Part shown: positions 57,162 to 64,000 of the stretch, one piece after another | Numbering within the stretch: the first letter of the stretch is position 1 | Layout of the letters: each line of letters starts with the position of its first letter | Origin: a virus | IMG/VR virus record: IMGVR_UViG_3300003320_000410 | Span: 6,937-70,936 of that record | Direction: 5' to 3' (one strand) | Length of the DNA stretch: 64,000 nucleotides | The notes under the pieces: model-generated | What the model was told of the DNA's origin: nothing | The model's database searches: none | Seen by the model: only the letters and a program-made list of their open reading frames with translations | Made by a program: the position numbers and the translations under genes

Positions 57162-57730
57162 ATAAAACGCATGGTCTTTCTAAGAGCCGTTTGTATAGGA
57201 TTTGGAATGGCATGATGATGAGATGCTATAACCCTAGACGAGAATGCTATCCGCGCTATGGCGGGAGGGGCATAAAAGTATGTATCAGGTGGCATAAGTT
57301 TGATAATTTTCTTTTAGATATGGGACCTACGTACATGGATGGCCTTACTTTAGAAAGAAATAAAGTAAACAAGGGGTATTGTAAGTCAAATTGTAAATGG
57401 ATACCGTTTTTGGATCAATCAAAAAACAGATCAAATACAATAAAATTATCGGTTAACGGCAGAAAATTGTCAATCCCGGAGTGGAGCACTATTAGCGGCG
57501 AGAGTGTTAAATTAATTTATCAGAGGATTAAAAATGGGTGGTCGGCAAGAGATTGTATATACGGGCGCGGGAATAGAAGGAAATTATCTTCCGAGCAAAC
57601 TGATATGGTGTTTTTTGAATATAAAAAGGGCACTAGCAAAAGAGCTATAGGTAGACTTGTCGGCGTAAGTCACAGTAGAGTTACATCCATCTTACAATCC
57701 AAACTTCTTAGTGCACGAAAAACCAAATAA
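57158..57730 (+). CDS. HNH-family homing endonuclease with C-terminal HTH
   Basis: THGLS.SRLY.IW..M..RC, YGGRGI, TLER, NC.W. Confidence 0.8.
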   Translation: MNKTHGLSKSRLYRIWNGMMMRCYNPRRECYPRYGGRGIKVCIRWHKFDNFLLDMGPTYMDGLTLERNKVNKGYCKSNCKWIPFLDQSKNRSNTIKLSVNGRKLSIPEWSTISGESVKLIYQRIKNGWSARDCIYGRGNRRKLSSEQTDMVFFEYKKGTSKRAIGRLVGVSHSRVTSILQSKLLSARKTK

Positions 57731-57794
57731 AAGGTCTTATTTCCTTTTACAGCAAAGAAGTGTCTCTAATGAAGAAAACCAAGCCCCTTAAGAT

Positions 57795-57986
57795 ATGACC
57801 CACCTTATACAAGTAGATATAAGGGGTATTCCCTACTGGCTTAAAGTAACTGGCCCCGGTTATTTGTACACATGGGTATGGCTGAAAGATAATGCTACTA
57901 AATTAACTCATGCCGAATGCCAAAACTGGAAATATAACCTCGCAAGAAATCATTGTGGATGGCCTCTTGAAATAATAAATACTTAA
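57795..57986 (+). CDS. Hypothetical protein
   Basis: ORF track. Confidence 0.6.
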   Translation: MTHLIQVDIRGIPYWLKVTGPGYLYTWVWLKDNATKLTHAECQNWKYNLARNHCGWPLEIINT

Positions 57987-57989
57987 TAT

Positions 57990-58760
57990 ATGAATGAAAA
58001 ACAGATGATAGTTGTGTGGTTTTCTTGTGGTGCAGCTAGTGCAGTAGCTGCAAAAAAGACATTGGAAATATACGGAGATAGGTATGATGTGCGGGTGGCA
58101 ACAAGTCATATAAAGCAGGAAGATGATGATAATTTCAGGTTTTTGAAAGACGTAGAAAAGTGGTTAGGAATAGACATATTATTGGCAATGAACCCAAAAT
58201 ATCCTACAGGTGATGCGGAAAAAGTTTGGGAGGACAGAAAATATATGTCTGGGATAAACGGAGCACCATGTACCTTGGAATTAAAAAAAGAGGCTCGTTA
58301 TGAATGGGAGCGCGTGCATAACCCCGATTGGCATGTGATGGGGTTTACCGTGGATGAAAAGGGGCGCTTTGATAGATTTAAATTAATGGAAAGGCCAAAT
58401 ACAATACCTGTTCTTATAGACCTTAACTTAACAAAACAGGATTGCTATAATCTTCTACTTGAAAATGGCATTCGACCTCCACGAACCTACGAAATGGGTT
58501 TTCCTAATGCCAATTGTATTGGATGCGTAAAGGCTACATCTCCAACTTATTGGAATCATGTAAGAAAGCATTTTCCTGAAGAATTTCGAAGGAGGGCGGA
58601 AATGTCAAGACGGTTGGGGGTTCGTCTGGTTCGCTATCAAAATAAGCGTATTTTTTTAGATGAATTGCCGTCAGATGCAAAAGGTAAACCAATGAATTCG
58701 ATGAAAATCGAATGTGGAATATTCTGTGACATAAATAAATCCTTAACGGTACAACGCTAA
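57990..58760 (+). CDS. PAPS-reductase-like PP-loop protein with conserved Cys cluster
   Basis: WFSCGAASA, APCT.ELK, NANCIGCVKA, ECGIFC. Confidence 0.75.
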   Translation: MNEKQMIVVWFSCGAASAVAAKKTLEIYGDRYDVRVATSHIKQEDDDNFRFLKDVEKWLGIDILLAMNPKYPTGDAEKVWEDRKYMSGINGAPCTLELKKEARYEWERVHNPDWHVMGFTVDEKGRFDRFKLMERPNTIPVLIDLNLTKQDCYNLLLENGIRPPRTYEMGFPNANCIGCVKATSPTYWNHVRKHFPEEFRRRAEMSRRLGVRLVRYQNKRIFLDELPSDAKGKPMNSMKIECGIFCDINKSLTVQR

Positions 58761-58778
58761 CAAATAAAAAAACTATAT

Positions 58779-59699
58779 ATGCCTGCATGGATAAAAGCGT
58801 CTGAAACATCACCGACCGAGACAATAATTAAGGTGCCTATTAAGATTCTTTGGGAGAACGGATTCACCTATTCCCTTGGAAGCTATAATGCCGATGATGA
58901 TGATTGGTGGGAACTTCCGAATAACGCCATTATTCCAGATGAACAAATAGAATATCTGAGCGAATCCCTTTCTTCCTCTCCATCTGGTTCTAGGGAAGGG
59001 CAGGAATATGGATCTAAGACACCAAAAGAGTTTTTGGACACAAGCCGCTCACCCGTTCAAGCCATGATCGACTATGCCCACCAGGAGGTGATGAACCATT
59101 CGCTAAGAAATACCGGACGTGCTGTCCATCCTGTTTATCGCGGCTGGGACTCAATAAAGCTCATAGGACGCTCGGAAGAAAGATTTAAGGAGCTAACGCA
59201 TAAGGGGTGGGATTGGAGTAGTTTTTATAATGGATGGTTGGAAGGTCGTTCTGATGCACTCGGAATCATGAAAGAGGAATATGACGCGGCGCATGCTTCC
59301 TCTCCATCTATAGGAATAGGACAGGTGGGGGATGAAATGCCAGAGGAAATAAAACTATGGGCGGAATCCCAGACGCAGGGACTTAGCTATCACTCAAAAG
59401 AATTGGTATTGTCTGGAATGAAAGTGCTTTGGGGCAAGATCGGACAACAGCTCACTTCCTGCCAAGCCGCCCGCGATGAAGCCATGAACGATGCGAATGT
59501 CTACAAAGAACTATATGCCAAAGCACAAAAGGACATTGCATCCCTCACAGAGCAATTAGGGAAGGTGATGGAGGAAAGGGATGCGTTCCGTTCCGTTCTT
59601 TTTGACATTGATAATGACAACGACGATGATTCTCATATTCTGTCGCAACCAGTTATGAAACATCTGCGAGAGACATTGGATAAATATCCCAAACAATAA
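58779..59699 (+). CDS. Mosaic hypothetical protein
   Basis: Modules separated by SSSPS linkers; C-terminal coiled coil. Confidence 0.65.
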   Translation: MPAWIKASETSPTETIIKVPIKILWENGFTYSLGSYNADDDDWWELPNNAIIPDEQIEYLSESLSSSPSGSREGQEYGSKTPKEFLDTSRSPVQAMIDYAHQEVMNHSLRNTGRAVHPVYRGWDSIKLIGRSEERFKELTHKGWDWSSFYNGWLEGRSDALGIMKEEYDAAHASSPSIGIGQVGDEMPEEIKLWAESQTQGLSYHSKELVLSGMKVLWGKIGQQLTSCQAARDEAMNDANVYKELYAKAQKDIASLTEQLGKVMEERDAFRSVLFDIDNDNDDDSHILSQPVMKHLRETLDKYPKQ

Positions 59700-59713
59700 A
59701 ACAAATACACATT

Positions 59714-60187
59714 ATGTCTACGATACTCAAAAACGAGATGGATATTCAATATGGTCAGCACGTGAACATGGTGCTCGTTCAGTGCTGTCGTTGCGGTGTG
59801 CCTTTTGCCATGCCGGCAGAATTGCAGCAACACTTCAGGGATGATCCCGAACGATATTTTTCCTGCCCTAATGGTCACCAGCAGCATTACTCCAAAAGCA
59901 CGGAGCAATCGTTGCGAGAACAGTTGGAAAGGCAAAAGAAAGATGCGGAGCAGAGAATCGCTTCTTTAAGCCAGGACTCCGCTTTCTGGCTGGATTACTA
60001 TACCAAGGCCGCCGAGGAGAGAAACAAGGTTAAAAAAGAGCTTGCCAAAGTAAAGAAGCGAGTCGCCAACGGTGTTTGCCCTTGCTGCAATAGAACTTTC
60101 CAAAATCTTGCGGAGCATATGTCTACGAAGCATCCGGAAATGAAACAAGAACCAAAGAAGCGCGGACGTCCACGCAAAAACCCATAA
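59714..60187 (+). CDS. Zn-ribbon, coiled-coil, C2H2-like finger and AT-hook-like protein
   Basis: CCRC, CPNGH, CPCCNRTFQNLAEHMSTKH, KRGRPRK. Confidence 0.7.
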   Translation: MSTILKNEMDIQYGQHVNMVLVQCCRCGVPFAMPAELQQHFRDDPERYFSCPNGHQQHYSKSTEQSLREQLERQKKDAEQRIASLSQDSAFWLDYYTKAAEERNKVKKELAKVKKRVANGVCPCCNRTFQNLAEHMSTKHPEMKQEPKKRGRPRKNP

Positions 60188-60199
60188 AACACCCTACCA

Positions 60200-60763
60200 A
60201 TGGAAAAGCAAGAAAAAGAAATAATGTACGAAAGCGATGAGGCAGCAGTCTTTAAAACCGGGATTTCGGGGTGGATAAGTGCTGATGGTCGTTTTTTTGG
60301 CAACAGCAAAGATGCGGAACACATGGCCAGATATGCAGGGTGTACACATCATATAGCAGAATGCGGCCATAAGGCGGAACGACATTGGTTAAAGTGTGAA
60401 AACTGCCGGGCAAAGCAGGATAGGGAAAGATTCTTTTCATACCCGGAAGTGCCCTGGGACGGCAGCACACCCATTGTAATATTCGATGATGATAAGTACT
60501 TCTTTAGCGAGGACGATCTTTTGGAGTACTGCGAGGATAACGAGTGCTCCCCGTCTGACCTTATGCTATGTCTTTGTAAGCCCAACTATCTGCGTCAAGT
60601 TGACGAAAGTTATTGGGAAGACGTTTTTCCCGAAGACCAATATTTGGATGACGTAGCTGATAAAGCTGTTTTGCAAGCGCTAAAGGCTCTAAATCTTGCT
60701 ATCAAAAACCAAGGCCCCGTCAGTTGGTCACAAGACAAGATCAGGATTGCTTACACGCAATAA
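60200..60763 (+). CDS. Hypothetical protein with Cys/His cluster
   Basis: CTH..AECG...CENC. Confidence 0.7.
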   Translation: MEKQEKEIMYESDEAAVFKTGISGWISADGRFFGNSKDAEHMARYAGCTHHIAECGHKAERHWLKCENCRAKQDRERFFSYPEVPWDGSTPIVIFDDDKYFFSEDDLLEYCEDNECSPSDLMLCLCKPNYLRQVDESYWEDVFPEDQYLDDVADKAVLQALKALNLAIKNQGPVSWSQDKIRIAYTQ

Positions 60764-60775
60764 CAATAAAACCCT

Positions 60776-60896
60776 TTCTCCGGGGTAATGCGGAGGACGG
60801 CATTGTTCCTAGCTGTGAGACAGGGACACTTCAAAGGGTATTGGACTACCCGGAACAGAAATAAACACGTCCTGCCTTTCTAGGTGGGACTCTTTT
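60776..60896 (+). promoter_or_regulatory. Candidate attenuator or structured leader upstream of the RNA-ligase pair
   Basis: Four hairpins; terminator stem GTCCTGCCT/AGGTGGGAC plus TCTTTT competes with AGGACG/CGTCCT pairing. Confidence 0.45.
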
Positions 60897-60900
60897 AAAA

Positions 60901-61137
60901 ATGGAGAAATATTCAGACTTCACTTTTCAAGACACCAACGATGGCTGGCAGATTGAAGCATGGAATGAATCAGAGGAAGAAGTTACAATCCTTAAAGTCT
61001 CATGGTACGAACTAAGAGACTTTGTAAGGAGATACTATGACTACTCTAAATCGGAAGCTACTTTGTTTTTGTCAAGGACAACGAATGATCAGGATGAAGA
61101 TTTATTAAGGTTGTATTTTCAAGAAAAATTTAAATAA
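60901..61137 (+). CDS. Hypothetical acidic protein
   Basis: ORF track; abuts ligase start. Confidence 0.65.
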   Translation: MEKYSDFTFQDTNDGWQIEAWNESEEEVTILKVSWYELRDFVRRYYDYSKSEATLFLSRTTNDQDEDLLRLYFQEKFK

Positions 61138-62157
61138 ATGGAAAGAAAATTAGCGTCAATTCAAGAGATTTTAGAAATTAATCCCATACCGGGAGCCGAT
61201 AATATTGAAGTGGCGACTGTAAAAGGTTGGAAATTAGTTGTAAAGAAAGGAGAATTTACGGTTGGAGAAAAGGCAATTTATTGTGAAATAGACAGTTTTT
61301 TGCCTATTAAAGAAGAGTTTGAGTTTCTCAGGAAAAGCTCCTTTAAGAGAATGGGCGAATTAGAGGGATTTAGATTGAAGACCATTAAATTGAGAGGACA
61401 AGTTTCTCAGGGTCTCTTATTGCCAGTTTTGGTATTGAAGGATAAAATATATGCAGATCAATTTAAGGCTCTGCAAATAGGGGACGACGTTTCAGAATCA
61501 TTGGGAATTTTTAAGTATGAGCCGCCCATCCCTGCCGAACTTTCTGGTATTATGAAAGGTGGTTTCCCTAATTTCATTCCCAAAACCGATGAGGAAAGGA
61601 TTCAAAATTTGACCGAGGTTTATCCGAATTTTAGGAAATCTAATTTTTATGTGACTGAAAAATTAGATGGCTCTTCAGCCACATATTACATGAACAATGG
61701 CATATTCGGCGTTTGTAGCCGTAATATAGACCTCTTGGAAGGAGATGGCAACACATTTTGGAAATTAGCCAGAGAGTTGCGTCTGGAAGAACAGATGAAG
61801 GAAAGCGAAAAGAATCTCTGTTTACAGGGAGAATTAATAGGCGAAGGAATACAGGGTAACCCGTATAAGTTGAAAGGACAAACAGTTCGTTTTTTTAATG
61901 GATTTGACATTGACGAGCAGCGGTATTTAACTCTAAATGAATTCTCTGAAGTTATGGAGCTTTTTGGCTTAGAGACTGTTCCTTTCGTTTTAATTGATTT
62001 TACACTTCCTGAGACTATTGACGAACTCTTGGTATTTTCAGAAGGGAAGTCCTTATTGAATCCCCAGGCAGAACGGGAGGGGCTCGTTATTAGAAATCAT
62101 ACAAGAACAATTTCCTTTAAAGTTATATCTAATAAGTTTCTATTAAAACAGGAATAA
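61138..62157 (+). CDS. ATP-dependent RNA ligase, DRB0094/Rnl5-like
   Basis: N-terminal RKLASI...PIPGAD.IE domain; nucleotidyltransferase motifs EKLDGSS, QGELIG, EREGLV, FKVIS. Confidence 0.88.
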   Translation: MERKLASIQEILEINPIPGADNIEVATVKGWKLVVKKGEFTVGEKAIYCEIDSFLPIKEEFEFLRKSSFKRMGELEGFRLKTIKLRGQVSQGLLLPVLVLKDKIYADQFKALQIGDDVSESLGIFKYEPPIPAELSGIMKGGFPNFIPKTDEERIQNLTEVYPNFRKSNFYVTEKLDGSSATYYMNNGIFGVCSRNIDLLEGDGNTFWKLARELRLEEQMKESEKNLCLQGELIGEGIQGNPYKLKGQTVRFFNGFDIDEQRYLTLNEFSEVMELFGLETVPFVLIDFTLPETIDELLVFSEGKSLLNPQAEREGLVIRNHTRTISFKVISNKFLLKQE

Positions 62158-62182
62158 AAAATCCCCGCACAATAGCGAGGAT
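62156..62182 (-). terminator. Hairpin terminator between convergent blocks
   Basis: ATCCCCGC/GCGAGGAT stem with A-run on + side. Confidence 0.55.
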
Positions 62183-62210
62183 TAAGTAAAGGTAGTTCTT
62201 TGTAGGCCGA

Positions 62211-62762
62211 TTACGAAAAGACCACGTCGAAGGTTACGCCGTCCTTAGAGGTAACGTTAAAGTTCTTTGTCACGGTGAAGTCGCCCTCTTGTGTGGAATT
62301 ATCTCCGGGATCAGTGTACTTTGCGTGTGTGGTGAAAGTAATTGCGCCGCTTCCTATCGCGATTGCAGTGGGCACTGCGTTGTTAGGATTAGCAGGATCG
62401 AGTGCAAAGGTGGCCGCCGCCGCGTTGGTGTTTAAACCAACCGCCTGATTAGAAAACTCTGCCGCAATGGGCTGCTGAGTCTTGTTGTCGAAAAGAGTAA
62501 AGATGCCGGGATTTGATTGTACGCCTACTGATAAAGAAATGTCTGCCATAATGTAAAGTTTATTTTGTATTTTAATAGAGAGACCAAAGATAGGTTTTCG
62601 ATCCGGTTTTGGCTTAGTGAGGTTTTCAATGATGTGGATTAATGACTTTTCATTATTTGCGAGGGTTTTGATTATATCAAGCTCCTCTTTGCAGTTGTGT
62701 CCAAACATATTGAATTGGAATAATTTACGAAACAAGTTACAAATATTTTGCCAGAAGTTCAT
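62211..62762 (-). CDS. Protein with C-terminal Ig-like beta domain (possible internal start MADISL)
   Basis: Beta-strand-rich, Ala/Thr/Asn-rich C-terminal 112 aa. Confidence 0.6.
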   Translation of the reverse strand: MNFWQNICNLFRKLFQFNMFGHNCKEELDIIKTLANNEKSLIHIIENLTKPKPDRKPIFGLSIKIQNKLYIMADISLSVGVQSNPGIFTLFDNKTQQPIAAEFSNQAVGLNTNAAAATFALDPANPNNAVPTAIAIGSGAITFTTHAKYTDPGDNSTQEGDFTVTKNFNVTSKDGVTFDVVFS

Positions 62763-63007
62763 TAAGGAATTGTTACTGTGGCCGTAACGAGAAGGGTGGC
62801 ATTTCCTGTTTTGGTAGCGCGGAATAAAGCTAATCCGGGGTTTTGAGCATTGGGGGTGATGTCACCTACCGGGTTGTCTAAGACATAAGACACTTCTGAA
62901 AATATCGCGTTAGGAACGATTACGCCGAATTTCCTGGCAACGAGGGTGATATTCTTGGTGCCACCCAAAAGAACATCTGCATGAGGTATTAGGGCTGTAT
63001 CTGACAT
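62762..63007 (-). CDS. Small Ig-like beta protein
   Basis: ATKTGNATLLVTATVT resembles bacterial Ig-like group 2 ends; TAATG coupling. Confidence 0.55.
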   Translation of the reverse strand: MSDTALIPHADVLLGGTKNITLVARKFGVIVPNAIFSEVSYVLDNPVGDITPNAQNPGLALFRATKTGNATLLVTATVTIP

Positions 63008-63014
63008 GGGAATT

Positions 63015-63191
63015 TTATTTTAAAGTACCGGGATTGTATTTGAGTCTTATCTTCCATCTCGCTGCTATCTTATTTTCATTTATAACAGTTCCCCATTGAA
63101 TGGCTAATGGTTCAGCTACTTCATAATCTGGAAGATCAGGACTGTATAGTCTATAAGAATTATGATGTTGATATGCTATTATAGTGTTCAT
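63015..63191 (-). CDS. Hypothetical protein
   Basis: ATG 63191 coupled to upstream TGA. Confidence 0.55.
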   Translation of the reverse strand: MNTIIAYQHHNSYRLYSPDLPDYEVAEPLAIQWGTVINENKIAARWKIRLKYNPGTLK

Positions 63192-63484
63192 GATTTTTCT
63201 TTGCGCGGTCTGAACTTTTGGCACCTTTTACATTTATACGGCATTTCTGAATCAAAGGTAGTAATCATGTAGATGCGATACCGGTGCCCGAGTATCTTAC
63301 ATAAAAAACGCTGCCATTTACTTGGCTTAGGAGGTTCATACGGCTTAATTGGCCATTCTGGAATGATCATAGCAAAATTGCTCATATGGCCGCCGTTTCC
63401 GAAATCATCCATAGAAAACGGCTTATATGACTTTATCTCAAATGATGATAATCCATATTGTTTTTTTCTTTTGAAAGGGCACAT
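63188..63484 (-). CDS. Hypothetical protein with C..LGH...CKRC motif
   Basis: ORF track. Confidence 0.6.
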   Translation of the reverse strand: MCPFKRKKQYGLSSFEIKSYKPFSMDDFGNGGHMSNFAMIIPEWPIKPYEPPKPSKWQRFLCKILGHRYRIYMITTFDSEMPYKCKRCQKFRPRKEKS

Positions 63485-63488
63485 ATCT

Positions 63489-63701
63489 TTACTTCTTTAG
63501 TTCTCTTTTGAAATTAAAATACTCTTTTCGATTAAGTCCGACAATGGTATGTTCCAAATTCCAATCTTCGAACCAACGGCTATCATTGCCACCTGTAATA
63601 CAGACTTCTAATTTGTTTTTCTCCTTATCAACCGATTCGACTCTGAATAGAAAGTTCGGCATATGAACATTTTCAAAAGTATCTCCGTATTGAAAATCCA
63701 T
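63489..63701 (-). CDS. Hypothetical protein
   Basis: ORF track. Confidence 0.65.
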   Translation of the reverse strand: MDFQYGDTFENVHMPNFLFRVESVDKEKNKLEVCITGGNDSRWFEDWNLEHTIVGLNRKEYFNFKRELKK

Positions 63702-63740
63702 TTTATTTACTAGTTTAAAGTATTGAAAGGCTATTTAATA

Positions 63741-63968
63741 TTATTCCAAAGAGGATGTCTTTTTTTTTAAAAATTCCGTAACAAGCAAATTCATTGTTGG
63801 GGTAATTTTGCGCCGCCGCCCGATTTTAAATGTAAGTTGGAGATTTATTTTCATCTCTTCTATCATTCTTGTCTGTGTTTCCAAGTTTTCATGTTCGGCG
63901 CATGCATATACCGCCATAGCGTATGACAGCAATTTATCTATTAATTCGGCTTGAGTTTCTTTCTTCAT
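63741..63968 (-). CDS. Hypothetical protein
   Basis: ORF track. Confidence 0.6.
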   Translation of the reverse strand: MKKETQAELIDKLLSYAMAVYACAEHENLETQTRMIEEMKINLQLTFKIGRRRKITPTMNLLVTEFLKKKTSSLE

Positions 63969-64000
63969 CCCTTATCCTCCTTTTTTATCCCCATTTTTAA

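Larger units (their letters stand above)
1..64000. mobile_element. Tailed phage (podovirus-like) genome segment, inferred Bacteroidota host; free phage versus prophage undetermined
   Basis: Terminase, portal, capsid, tail, lysis genes and dense small ORFs; no host housekeeping genes or integrase in the window. Confidence 0.95.

Noticed and set aside
1-64000. Stop-codon reassignment as in some crAss-like phages
   Set aside because: Long genes are intact under the standard code, TAG/TGA/TAA all end coupled ORFs, and coding density is high.
1-64000. CRISPR array, rRNA, canonical tRNA, integrase/att site, diversity-generating retroelement
   Set aside because: No regularly spaced repeats, no canonical cloverleaf with TTCG and proper anticodon arm, and no recombinase or reverse-transcriptase motifs seen.

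Overview
The whole window is tailed-phage DNA; no host genes, integrase, DNA polymerase or recombinase are visible, so the genome probably extends beyond it. The host is inferred to be a Bacteroidota bacterium, possibly Chitinophagaceae. Support: A-rich leaders without Shine-Dalgarno sites, a TAnnTTTG promoter, signal peptides with Gln at +1, D-S/T-x sequons, and DUF922 and ECF-sigma-like genes. Layout: (i) 0.1-3.2 kb, small early-type ORFs (+); (ii) 3.3-43.9 kb, one leftward late block with GroES-like protein, three ring-like tail proteins, a muzzle/stabilisation protein, ejection-type proteins, lytic transglycosylase, terminase, portal, scaffold, major capsid, Ig protein, fibres, esterase, membrane proteins and M15 endolysin, i.e. 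a podovirus with a gene set reminiscent of Crassvirales but no virion RNA polymerase; (iii) 44-49.9 kb, GroES plus five glycosyltransferase-like genes and a methyltransferase; (iv) 49.9-56.4 kb, a leftward replication/regulatory block including a sigma-region-2-only protein; (v) 56.5-62.2 kb, a rightward block with a PAPS-reductase-like protein and an RNA ligase; (vi) 62.2-64 kb, small leftward ORFs. The most notable observation is that the 1746-aa tail fibre and its RCC1/PKD neighbour carry Sec signal peptides and are strongly enriched in the Bacteroidota periplasmic O-glycosylation sequon, which suggests fibres routed through the periplasm and glycosylated by the host. Other highlights are a histidine-phosphatase domain inside the giant ejection protein, a homing-endonuclease relic carrying a synonymously recoded copy of the portal N-terminus, three RHH genes with upstream palindromes, and two candidate structured RNAs. 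All family calls are by eye from motifs; no searches were run.
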